Assembly (NCBI GenBank): GCA_946965045.2
Contig: OX337241.1
Span: forward strand, 620,001 to 684,000
Length of the DNA stretch: 64,000 nucleotides
From: Epithemia pelagica
Taxonomy: Eukaryota; Protista; Bacillariophyta
Direction: 5' to 3'
A program made the position numbers and the translations under genes. This document shows positions 12,778 to 23,700 of this stretch, one piece after another. Position 1 is the stretch's first letter, and each line of letters begins with the position of its first letter. The notes beneath the pieces were generated by a model, which saw nothing but the letters and a program-made list of their open reading frames with translations, was not told where the DNA came from and searched no databases.

Positions 12778-13020
12778 TGTCAGCGCATAGTTTGATATGC
12801 AGAAACATCACTGTTTCGTCGATCTGCTATTCTGGGAATATCACCAAGTTAGCGTAGAGAAGGCCTTTTCGCAACATAACACGGCAGGACTGAATAATAA
12901 TAAGTCCTTGTCAGCGCATAGTTTGATATGCAGAAACATCACTGTTTCGTCGATCTGCTATTCTGGGAATATCACCAAGTGAGCGTAGAGAAGGCCTTTT
13001 CGCAACATAACACGGCAGGA
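12778..13020. repeat. Tandem duplication, two 112-bp copies (12778..12889, 12909..13020; period 131)
   Basis: TGTCAGCGCATAG...ACACGGCAGGA repeated, with one mismatch seen (AAGTT/AAGTG). Confidence 0.92.
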
Positions 13021-13111
13021 ATTGTGATTGAAACTTGAGCTTAAAATATACCGGTGTTAGGGAAACAACCTGTGTCTTTGTGCTCTGAACAGGAGTTTGC
13101 AACTCATCGAT

Positions 13112-13405
13112 TGTTGTACGATGCAAGGATGCCGTCAGCTTCGTCGCTATCGTCGTAGATGTAAAACGTAATTTTACTTTACTGTCTTGATTGTCTCCAA
13201 AGAATGAGCTCTCGTCTTTTTCGCCTTGCTCGTCTTTGGTTTTCCGTATTTCACCACGTCAGCGAACGTAACGCGCTTACCTTCTCGCTCGCGTGATTGT
13301 TCGTGACTCCTTCGATAAGTAGTTCTCGTCATTGTCCCAGTTTGGTCGCCGGGTGGCTCTGAGGACTCGTGGATCATTTTTTCGTCCTCGTCATTATTTC
13401 CAACA
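13112..13405 (-). repeat. 3' LTR of Copia 1
   Basis: 294 bp, direct repeat of 16985..17278. Confidence 0.95.
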
Positions 13406-13470
13406 CGCTCCTCATGAGTCGAGGAGTCTCACGGAGAGCCTTGCAGGGAATCGATGGGCTTGTGTCCGAG

Positions 13471-16248
13471 TTATACGTCTCTGAATTTGATGAAAAGACT
13501 CCCTTGTAGTGGTTTTGTGTAAAAATCCGCTAACATTTCCTCCGTTGGGCAGTAATGGATGTCGATATTTTCTTGTTCGATTCGGTCTTTTATGAAGAAA
13601 TATCTGATATCCACATGGCGCGACTGCTTCCCCGCTGAAGCTCTTCCGTTTTTCTCTAGTTTGATTGCGCTCTGGTTGTCCTGGGCGAATTTCGTGCTTG
13701 CTATCTTGTATCCTTGGGCCTCGAGGAATCGTTTGGCCCATATCGTGTTTGGGAGGTAGTCACTTGCGCCCACAACCTCGGCCTCAGTCGAGCTCTTAGT
13801 GTTGAGCTTCTGCTTTCTTGATTTTGCGATGATAGCACCTCGCCAAAGGGACATTACACCGCCTGTGTGGCTGCGCATGTCGTCATGTACGGCGAATGAT
13901 GCGTCGACCCATGTCTTGAGATGGGGTACATCGTCTGCTCCGACAATGTATTCCAATTCTTTGGTAGCGTATAGATATTGGAGCACTCGTTTCAATTTGG
14001 CCCAATCGTCGACAGTACATTTGGCAACTCGGGTGCACAAGAACGCGATGGCCGTTTGGATGTCTATACGGGCACGTTGTGACAGGTAGAGTAATTTTGC
14101 CACGATACTGTGAAATTTGTCCTTCTTTTCTTTACTGAGCATCGGTGAATTCTTCTTGATTGTGAAAAGTCCTTTCCTCGCAGGTGTTGATGCTCCTTGT
14201 GTGACATCCTCGCCGAACATGTCGATTGCTTCGTCGATGCATTGTGGCATGATAATGCTGACCGTGCCGTTGTCGTTGATTGTAATCTTCATTCCCAAAT
14301 AGGTGTGTTCTTTTCCTCTACACACCGACATCTTCCCGAATTTTGCTTCGATTGCTGCCACGACATCTTCGATTACCTTCTCTTCCACGTGCGATGCTTT
14401 CAGATCGTCCACGTACCAGGTTACAGTGCATTGACGTCCGTTGATCATTTTGTTGGCCACGCATGGGTCGTACGGGTTTAGTTCGAAACCCATCTCTTTC
14501 AGTGTTGTGGAGAACAACTCGTACCACAGTAGTGCAGATTGAACGCATCCATACAGTGCTTTGTTGAGTCGTACGTAGAGTACCTTGGTTTTTCCTTTCA
14601 TAACGACAAACTTTTTGTATTTCTCGTCGATCTGGCAGAAGATGTCCACTTCGTCACCGGTGAGCTTCATTAATACGTAATCGCGCATAAAAGCATTAAG
14701 GTATGCCCCAGCGATGTCAGCGGTGATGACTTTCCGTCGTTCAACTGCGTCGATGATCAGTGACATGATCAGGGTGTCTGTTGACAGGGCTGGTGAAGCA
14801 GTCTCACTTTTATCGTAGTGTGGTCGCTGGGACCGTCCGTCCGCGCACGATCGTCCCTTAATCTTGCCACAGCGTTTCTCTTTGATCACGTTGACTGATC
14901 TGAGGGCTGCCTTCTTCTGTTGTGCCGTAAGCTTTGATGCGTCCTGGGGATCGAATGTATCTTGATTATCCAATTGTGTGAATTCCTTGAGAAGTGCGTC
15001 TATGGCCTTTTGACCATGTTTCTTGATGCCTGTTTGGGCAGACATTTGGGTGAATATGAAGTGGGCCACCAAGGAATGGATCGGTTTCCGTTCGTTCACG
15101 TTGGTTGTTGCGTGACGGATCGCACGTTGGAGAAATTGCATATGCATGTATGATGTGCTACCGTCCGCTGTGTCCATTTGGTGGTCAAGTCTGTGACTAT
15201 AGGAGCGTGTCCGGCCGCTCCTCAAATTGTACTCGTGTTGGCGGGGTCCGCAATAACTCACCAACATACCGTATGCCGCCGTAACGTCGACGGGGTACTG
15301 ATCCGTCCCACGGGTGAATTGGTTCTCCAATTCGATAAGAAGATTTCCAAACCGTTTCCTATCCGCTCCCTTCAGGAACTGGATAGCCAGGGCACGATCA
15401 CGACTCATGCGTTTCTTCGTTTCGGAGGTTGTCGTAACGTCGGGGTCCAAATATTTGACAATGAGATCCTGTGATCCTTTGTCTACTCCAACTGAGCCTC
15501 CATAATGTTCAAGGACATCGATGTTTTCCTTGAATTGATGCAGGTAATCCGAGAGAGCTTCATCTGGTTGCTGCCGGTGGAGGTAAAAATTGGTGTACGC
15601 GTCGTTCAGAGACGCATACCCATATCGTTTTTCTTCAAATTTGTGCCTGATCCCTTTGATCTGGGTCAGCAACCAAGCACAATCGCAAGCTAGTCGGGAG
15701 GCGTCATACTTTTCTAGTCCTTGTAGTTTGGCTTTCATAGCCTCGCTGCACTGCCCCCAGATTATGGCATAGGCTGCTTGCAAATTACTCTTGAGTATTT
15801 CGCATCGAGTAACATAGGCGGCGACTTGTTTCTCGAAGATTGCAATCTTCAAACGACTCTTCTCTTCGTCTGGGAGATTGGCTGGCTCTTGAACGGACGG
15901 ATTCTTCAAATCTCGGGTAAGAACCACCATGTCGCCCGCATGCTTGAACGTCTTCGCGAAGTGTTCCTCTAATGCTTCCAGTGTTCGGGTGAACTGTCGC
16001 TTTTCATTGCATTCATGGAAGACTTGAAACACGTGGCCGTTCATGCCTTCCGTGTTGCCCTTGAATGCATTACTACTCGTGTGGCCTCCTCTGCCTCCAC
16101 GACCTCCGCGTCCACCACGTCCTCTTCCTCGTCCACGGCCTCTTCCTCCTCGGCCTGGACCACCAGCTCCACGCCCTTCAGGCGTAGTACCTGGCGAACT
16201 GGGGGCGCCGTCCTGGCTGGACGGGTTGGACGCGCCCGAACTGCTCAT
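13471..16248 (-). CDS. Copia 1 gag-RT-RNaseH fusion ORF (PR and IN missing)
   Basis: Gag region (RGG repeats, AYAIIWGQCSEAMKAKL, NQFTRGTDQYP) runs in frame into RT (ADIAGAYL, LYGCVQSA, WYVDDL) and RNase H (WVDASFA, SSTEAE, MLADFYTKPL). No protease DSG/DSxA or integrase DDE motif between them. ATG at 16248; the frame is open from 16305. Confidence 0.88.
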   Translation of the reverse strand: MSSSGASNPSSQDGAPSSPGTTPEGRGAGGPGRGGRGRGRGRGRGGRGGRGGRGGHTSSNAFKGNTEGMNGHVFQVFHECNEKRQFTRTLEALEEHFAKTFKHAGDMVVLTRDLKNPSVQEPANLPDEEKSRLKIAIFEKQVAAYVTRCEILKSNLQAAYAIIWGQCSEAMKAKLQGLEKYDASRLACDCAWLLTQIKGIRHKFEEKRYGYASLNDAYTNFYLHRQQPDEALSDYLHQFKENIDVLEHYGGSVGVDKGSQDLIVKYLDPDVTTTSETKKRMSRDRALAIQFLKGADRKRFGNLLIELENQFTRGTDQYPVDVTAAYGMLVSYCGPRQHEYNLRSGRTRSYSHRLDHQMDTADGSTSYMHMQFLQRAIRHATTNVNERKPIHSLVAHFIFTQMSAQTGIKKHGQKAIDALLKEFTQLDNQDTFDPQDASKLTAQQKKAALRSVNVIKEKRCGKIKGRSCADGRSQRPHYDKSETASPALSTDTLIMSLIIDAVERRKVITADIAGAYLNAFMRDYVLMKLTGDEVDIFCQIDEKYKKFVVMKGKTKVLYVRLNKALYGCVQSALLWYELFSTTLKEMGFELNPYDPCVANKMINGRQCTVTWYVDDLKASHVEEKVIEDVVAAIEAKFGKMSVCRGKEHTYLGMKITINDNGTVSIIMPQCIDEAIDMFGEDVTQGASTPARKGLFTIKKNSPMLSKEKKDKFHSIVAKLLYLSQRARIDIQTAIAFLCTRVAKCTVDDWAKLKRVLQYLYATKELEYIVGADDVPHLKTWVDASFAVHDDMRSHTGGVMSLWRGAIIAKSRKQKLNTKSSTEAEVVGASDYLPNTIWAKRFLEAQGYKIASTKFAQDNQSAIKLEKNGRASAGKQSRHVDIRYFFIKDRIEQENIDIHYCPTEEMLADFYTKPLQGSLFIKFRDV

Positions 16249-16921
16249 CCTTCTCTGCTGAGAGATATCGGATGTTGTTCTTGCCTCGTCGAACGTCCTG
16301 ACCACTATCCGTGTGGACGATTACTTGGTATGCGGTAACTCGGGCAACGACACCCGTGCCGTCACGAATGGTTGGTGCTTCTCCGACGTGGAGCGAAGCG
16401 GGATTGACGATGCGAACTATGTCTCCCACTCGGAAAGCCCTCTTTTTCTTGTGGATGATGTACCGCTAGCCTGAAACCGCTGAGGTCCACAAGGTGCAGC
16501 CACTCTTCAATGCCGAGAGTTCCGCTGTTGTGTATGTGATTGGTTCTCTTTCGGCTCCTTCGTTCTCCGAATAAAAGGTGGTATCACCGTCCGACTCTTG
16601 TCCTCGAGATTGTTGGTGACGAATGACTCCAACGACTTCCACGCTTGAACTGGCCACACTGGATGCAGTGGGCGATGGCCGTTGATACTTGTTTCCTCTC
16701 TGCGCGGCCGCCGGTTTCTTCTCCGACTGGCTGCCTTCTTCACTGTCGCCTGTCTCGTACCCTCCGGGCTGGGACTTTGCCCCAGTCGCAACCCGTGTCG
16801 CTTCAACAATGGGGACTTCCCGGATGCTCTTGATTCGGGCAAGCACTTCTCTCTGTCGAGTTGTGAGTTCTTCGAGTTCTTGGATGAGTTCGTCGATCTC
16901 TTGCTTGTTTGGGCTGGACAT
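16178..16921 (-). pseudogene. Copia 1 extra upstream ORF0 (coiled coil plus KOW/SH3-like C-terminus) interrupted by one in-frame TAG (16468..16466)
   Basis: Track ORFs 16466..16999 and 16178..16429 share one frame: MSSPNKQEIDELIQELEEL...AVSG*RYIIHKKKRAFRVGDIVRIVNP...GVVARVT...VIVHTDSG...KNNIRYL. Confidence 0.6.
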
Positions 16922-16970
16922 GGAAATTGCGTTGATGCGCTTGAAAAGACAGTTTGTAAGATTTCGTGTT

Positions 16971-16984
16971 TTCTTTGGAGACAA
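16971..16984 (-). promoter_or_regulatory. Primer-binding-site position of Copia 1, complementary to its own LTR (17064..17077)
   Basis: Plus 16971..16984 TTCTTTGGAGACAA is the exact reverse complement of plus 17064..17077 TTGTCTCCAAAGAA. No TGG tRNA-type PBS. Confidence 0.75.
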
Positions 16985-17278
16985 TGTTGTACGATGCAAG
17001 GATGCCGTCAGCTTCGTCGCTATCGTCGTAGATGTAAAACGTAATTTTACTTTACTGTCTTGATTGTCTCCAAAGAATGAGCTCTCGTCTTTTTCGCCTT
17101 GCTCGTCTTTGGTTTTCCGTATTTCACCACGTCAGCGAACGTAACGCGCTTACCTTCTCGCTCGCGTGATTGTACATGACTCCTTCGATAAGTAGTTCTC
17201 GTCATTGTCCCAGTTTGGTCGCCGGGTGGCTCTGAGGACTCGTGGATCATTTTTTCGTCTTCGTCATTATTTCCAACA
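16985..17278 (-). repeat. 5' LTR of Copia 1
   Basis: 294 bp, TGTTG...CAACA termini. Confidence 0.95.
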
Positions 17279-17547
17279 TCGATAAGCTCGGATTACCACC
17301 TCGCCGCAAAATGACGGCTGGAAAGGAACCCAATATGCATACTCGTTCAACTTTTGAACCCAACATCCAACTCTGTTCCAGATGGAATCAACACTGGAAC
17401 ATGGCAGTCTTTTGTCTTTTTGTCGCGCATCATCTTGCTTCTGTTCACCAGTGAGAAAATCACGATGTGAGATGTGAGACTCCCCATGTCTCGACACAAA
17501 GGGAAGTCTGTTCTAAAAACTCTATAGAACGTTCCCCAGCCATTTAT

Positions 17548-17725
17548 TGTCTCATTCGGGTCGCTACGGATTGGATACGTCATCATGACGTGTAAGGGAC
17601 TAATGACCAAAAGGGAATGGAACGGTCATTATCGGTTACCTACTTACTGGTTTTATGCGTTGGATGTTATGGTTAATCCTACTTAGTCTTTCTTTGGAAC
17701 GGATTCTATCAAGTAGAATAAGACA
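17548..17725 (+). repeat. 5' LTR of Copia 2
   Basis: 178 bp, identical by eye to 23972..24149. Confidence 0.95.
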
Positions 17726-17763
17726 GTTTATCAGACCCACCGTCTGGTAGAGGAGAACGAAGA

Positions 17764-20700
17764 ATGGCTACATCGACACGATCGAATACGAAAACTGCAA
17801 CTGCAAGTGGAAGGGGCGGAAGTGGAAGCGGAAGCGGAAGCGGAAGCGGAAGTGGAGGCGGAAGCGGAAATGGGAACCCCGGGGCCACGGGGAATGGGGG
17901 AGGAGATCGTACTTCACGCCATGGCGCAAGTATGGGAATGGGAGCGGGAGGGAGTGACCCGCCGGGAGGTGTACCTGGAACTACAGGAGGAACCGCAGCA
18001 GGGACAGCTGCAGGAATGGCCCCGGGAGTGGCGGCACCAGGTGGTGCGCCTGGGATTGGCGCAGGTAGCGCTGGAACGGGAGGTGCCGGCGGTGGCGCCG
18101 GTGCAGGAGGTGGTGCGCCGGGAGCGGGAGGAGGCGGACATGGTGGCGGTGCCGCAGGAGGCGGAGGTGGCGGCGGTGCTGCAGGAGGAGGTGCAGGAGG
18201 AGGTGCAGGCGGCGGCGCTGGAGGCGGAGGAGGAGGAGCAGGCGGTGGTGGCGCTGGAGGAGGAGGAGGAGGTGGAATACCTCCAGGCGTTCCAGCACCA
18301 CCACCACCCCTCTCTGCTGTGGGAATGGCACTTAGTGTATGTGGCGCGAACCTTTTCGAAATATACGCCCTAGAACATACCGAACGCCTTAACACCCTAG
18401 AGTCATATGGAAGAATGACATCGGATGACGTGACCCAACTGGTGTCGAGGCTGGAAAAGCGCCCGTACCCTCACAACGTGGCAATTCCTTCAAGCGTCGT
18501 AAAGAACATTCAAGGAATGTGCTTCTGGTCAGCCAGAGCGCGTCGTCAAGGTCGTCCGCTTAACTACGGAGACTTCACAACCGCTGTCCTAGACGAATCC
18601 CTGGACGCGATGGAGATCCAGTCGGAGAAATCCTCTGCACCTGATATTAAGCCCTCTGCCCTCAAGGAAGAAGAATGGGAGGATTGGAGTCAAGAGTTCC
18701 CAACGTACCTGTCGCATATCTATGGAAAACAGAAGGCACCATTGGACTACGTGATTCGTCCCGACTTAGCGCCTACCCATGTCTTTGCAAGCACTAGGGA
18801 ACAAGAGCTCTATAGCTACCCTCTAGGTGGGCCGTACTTCAAAGAGGACAACAAGGAAGTGTTTCGCCTATTGAGTGACCTTGTCAAGGATCAACCTGCG
18901 ACGTGGATTCAGCCTTTCCAGGCTTCACAAGATGGTCGACGCGCATGGATGGCATTGGTCGATCATTTTGATGGGGGGGGACAGAAGGAACGTCGCATCT
19001 CCAAGGCTGAAGCTATTTTAGAAACGGTGGTCTATCAAAACGAACGTGTATTTAGTTTTGACTCGTACTCGGCACAACTATTGCGTGCTTTTCGGACGTT
19101 GGATAGCACCCCAAACCGCCGGTCTACGGCGAACCAGGTCAAGATTCTCATCGACAATATGAAGGTGGCGACAGCGGAGTTCGCTGTGATTAAGTCGTAC
19201 GTTCGAAGCAACCACAGGACCGATCTTCAAGGGGCTATTGCGTATATCTCTCGAGAGATATCTGACATCTACCCGGATGTCGCTGTCGGAAACCGTCGCA
19301 ACCAAGGACGTCACCGCTTTGTTTCGGAAGCCACATCAAGTAATCGGCCGCGCAATTTTACCGGCCTTGAGCAAAACAATGGCGTTTACACCTTCTTTGG
19401 CGTGGACGTGACTGATGTCACCCGCCGATTCTCAAGCCAAGAAATGAACTTGTTAGGCCCCAGTGGCCAAGCTTACATCCATCAGGAACGGGAACGTGTT
19501 CGAGCACAAGGCGGTCGTGGTGGCGGCCGTACTTTCGGTGGCCGGGGACGTGGTCGCGGTGGACGAGGACATGGTGGTGGACGACATGGTGGAGGCCGTG
19601 GGGTAGCCGAAATTCAAATGGAGAACCAATCCGTCATCACGGATATCACCAACGAGGGGAATCGCACCACCAGCGGGGGCAATGGGGCAAGTGACGGCAA
19701 TAGGGGAAGTGACAGCAATACTCAGGGAGAGCGCGGAAGCACCAATGGGAGAAGATTCGGAAACGGGGCTTATGGGGACGATTCGGGGAGCAGCCGCCAT
19801 GGCGTATCGGTAGTGAATTGTGGTCCGCAGAGACGGGTCGGGAAGGTGGAGAAAGGTTGGTTGTTGAAGCAAGGATCCGGGGGAGAGACTGGTAGAAACG
19901 AAATGGATACCATGGCAGATACGTGTTGCGCTGGACGCAACTGGACCTTGGTGGAGACAACTGGCATGGAATGCACAGTGAATGATTTCGCTGGCAATCA
20001 AGTGGGGGCAACATCCGTCCCAGTCGCGACATGTGCAACGGTGGTGAGGGATCGGAAGTCTGGGATGGAAATTGTGATTATTGGTCATCAGATGCTGTGG
20101 TTCGGTAACAAATTAGACAAATCCTTATTGAATCAAAATCAGGTGCGCCACGCGGGGCATGACGTCCGAGATGACCCGATGCGGCAGGACAAGGAAGGGT
20201 TTGGGATATGGATTGATGGGTTCCACATTCCGTTTCAGCTACGCGGAACGACGGTGTATTTTGAGTCCCGGGCACCCAGTCCTCAAGACATTGAGAGTTT
20301 GCCGTCAGTCGTCCTTACTCGGCAGGAAACATGGGATCCCCATACGGTAGACTTGTTGCAAAAAGGGGACAGTCCGTACCTCGAGACGCATGACATGGGC
20401 ATGGCCGGGGTCGGAGCGATCTCGGCTGCTCTGGTACCTCAAGGAATCAACCGCGAGCTGGCCGCTCGTCCGCGTGTCAAGCAGGTGGAGAGCACGCGAC
20501 ATGGGGCAGTCACACCGGAATCACTCAGTCGCAAGTGGCGCATTGGACTCGATTCGGCTCGGGCTACCCTCCGAGTAACCACCCAACAGGGGATCCGGAC
20601 GGCTATCTCGCCTATCACACGACGATACCGCGTGGATAACTTAGCCCTACATCGTAACAGATTGCAAACGCGTATCTATACGGACACTCTATTTTCGAAA

Positions 20701-23700
20701 ACGACTTCGCTGTCAGGGAACAAGTGTGCCCAAGTCTTCACCGACGGCCAGTTCACCTCGGTTTATCCCATGGTCAGCAAGGCACATGTCGGGCAAGCGC
20801 TTGCAAGGTTTATTGATGAAGTCGGCATACCCGACAAGATGACGGCAGATATGGCCGGAGAGCAGGTTGGTGAATCCACCATGTTCCAGAAATTGGTCCG
20901 CATGCATCGTATCGACATGCACTGGACAGAGCGCAATACGGGGAAACAGAATCACCGTGCCGAACGCGAGATCGGGTTGCTCAAACAGAGGTGGCACAGA
21001 CGTGCCATGGATCTTCACGTCCCAAGACGGCTTTGGGACTATGGTCTTGTTTACGAGGCCGGTGTACTCAGTCGAGTCGCCCGGGGACATGACGGCCGTT
21101 CCGGCTTAGAACGACTCTCAGGAGATACACCGGACATCTCGGAGTGGATTGATTTTTCCTTCTATGACCTCGTGTGGTTTCACAACAATGCCAAAACAGA
21201 TGCAGCGGACGATCTCGTGCAGTTGGGATACTGGTTAGGGATTGCGCATCGAATCGGGAGTGACCTTTGCTACTGGATCTTGACAAAGGGGGGAAAGGTG
21301 ATTGCTCGGACAACGGTGCAACATGTCACGGAAGAAGATATGGGAAAGCCAGACATTGCCGAAAGGGTCAAACAATTCAAGTTGATTGCTGAGGAGAGGT
21401 TAGACGATCGGAATTTCACCGATGAAGAAGGAAATGGGCCGGGTTATCTCGAGGATGTAGAACCGGAAGAGGAAAGACGGGGACGTGTCGGGATCGTCCC
21501 AACGGACGACGAATATGGTGACATGATCGTCGAGGAGACAGATGAGGCCGATTTGCACGGGGAAGGATACGACGAGTACGTCGGAGCACAGATACAAGTC
21601 GAGATGGGAGGCGAGCAGATGTTTGGCACAGTGGAAAAACGGCAAAAAGGGTTAGATGGCAAGCCAGTAGGAAAGTTCAATCGAAACCCGAAATTCGACA
21701 CAAGAACGTACCAGGTAAGCTTCCCTGGTGGCGTGATACAGGAATACACTGCCAACTTGGTGGCGGAAAATCTCTATTCACAGCTGGACACGGAGGGAAA
21801 GAGATACGTCGTTATACAGGAGATCGTCGGTCACAGGAAAAACGGGGACGCTGTGGCTATCGAGGACGGATACCATGTGGGACAGAATGGGAATCGGCAC
21901 CCGAAGAAAACGACGAAAGGATGGGAAATAGCTGTCGAATGTCGAGACGGGACGCAAATGTGGATACCTCTTAGGGACGCGAAAAATGGGTACGCAGTCG
22001 AGTTGGCAGAGTACGCGGTCGCACAAGGGCTAGTGGAAGAACCGGCATTCAAGTGGTGGGTGCCACAGACGCTAAACCATATGCGTCGGATGGTGAAGAA
22101 AGTAAAGAAGAAATATTGGAAGACCACGGAGAAATATGGGATAAAGCTACCCCATTCGGTTGAAGAGGCACTAAAGATTGACGAGGTAACTGGAACTACG
22201 TTCTGGAGGGATGCGATAGACAAGGAACTCAGGGTAGTGAAGGTAGCATGGGAAGCGAGGGACGATCTGGATCTAGAAGAGGTACGAGCAGGGCGGCAAC
22301 TCATCGGGCATACAGAAATTAAATGTCATATGGTTTTTGACATAAAAATGGATCTTACCAGGAAGGCACGGCTCGTGGCAGGGGGGCATATGACTGACGC
22401 GCCGTCAAGTCTGACCTACTCGAGCGTCGTCAGTCGAGACTCAATCAGGATTGCTTTTCTCATTGCCGCACTCAATGGGCTAAAGGTACTCGCGTGCGAT
22501 ATAGGTAATGCCTACTTGAATGCGCCATGTCGAGAGAAGGTATGGTTTCATGGGGGTCCGGAAGTGGGGAACGAGTTTCAGGGAAAGGTCTGTGTCATGG
22601 TAAGGGCCCTATACGGGCTGAAATCCTCCGGCGCAAGTTGGCGGGCCACGCTCATGGTGACCCTTTATGATATGGGTTTCGTTGACACCCAAGCGGATCC
22701 ATGTGTCCTACGGAGGAAGGCGAGGAGAAGCTCGGGAGAGGAGTATTATGAGATCATATTAGTCTATGTGGATGACATACTACTGGTGAGCGAAGATCCG
22801 CATCCGGTACTTGACGAGATTGATAAACATTACAAGATCAAAGCAGGGAGCGTGGGTGAGCCAACAGTGTATCTCGGCGCTCAGATATATAAACACAACT
22901 TGCCAAGCGGGTCATGGGCATGGGGCATGTCCAGTGAAAAATATGTCGCCAACGCGATTCGAATCGTGGAAGATCTTCTCAAGGAAGACGGGGACGGGAA
23001 ACACCTTAAAACGACGGCCAAGGTACCGGTTGTCTCTTCTTACAAGCCGGAGTTGGACACAACACCGGAACTCAACCCAGCATTAACGTCGCGGTATCAA
23101 CAGTTGATTGGTGTGTTACGTTGGGCCGTGGAGATTGGGCGAGTGGACATCTACTTGGAAGTGTCTATTCTTTCACAATTCTTGGCAAACCCGAGGGTCG
23201 GTCACTTGGAGGCAGTCTATCACATATTTGCTTTCCTCAAGTCGCACTCGAAGCTGAAGCTAGTCTTTGATCCAAAGGACGTGGTGCTGGATGAGTCATG
23301 TTTTCCCCAAGTGCCAATTGACGATTGGAAAGAATTTTACGGCGAAGTTGCCGAGGAGATTCCAAGTAAAATGCCTCCACCATTGGGGCGTCCTGTCAGT
23401 ATCACATGTTTCGTGGATGCTGACCATGCTGGAAACGTCGTCACTCGTCGATCTCACACCGGTATACTCATCTTTGTGCAAAATGCTCCCATCTTGTGGT
23501 ACTCCAAGAGGCAAAATACCGTTGAAACTTCAAGTTTTGGCAGCGAATTTGTCGCGCTTCGTATCGCCAAGGAAATGATCGTCGCATTACGGTACAAACT
23601 TCGGATGTTTGGGGTTCCTTTGGTTGGTCCGGCGAGTGTTCTCTGTGACAACCGGGGTGTCGTGAAAAACACGAGTCTTCCGTCTTCAGTCTTGAGCAAG

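Larger units (their letters stand above)
13112..17278 (-). mobile_element. Ty1/Copia LTR retrotransposon 1 (CoDi-like), internally deleted (no protease or integrase)
   Basis: 294-bp LTRs at 13112..13405 and 16985..17278 with TGTTG...CAACA termini and 3 differences. 5-bp TSD TCGAT at 13107..13111 and 17279..17283. Short purine tract (GAGGAGCG, element sense) before the 3' LTR. Confidence 0.95.

Noticed and set aside
13174-13377. 67-aa ORF, duplicated at 17047..17250
   Set aside because: It lies wholly within the LTRs; the duplication simply reflects the LTR pair.
17709-18395. Pro-rich antisense ORF and other overlapping ORFs
   Set aside because: Shadow frames of the Gly-rich gag repeat. Most short track ORFs antisense to real genes were dismissed likewise.
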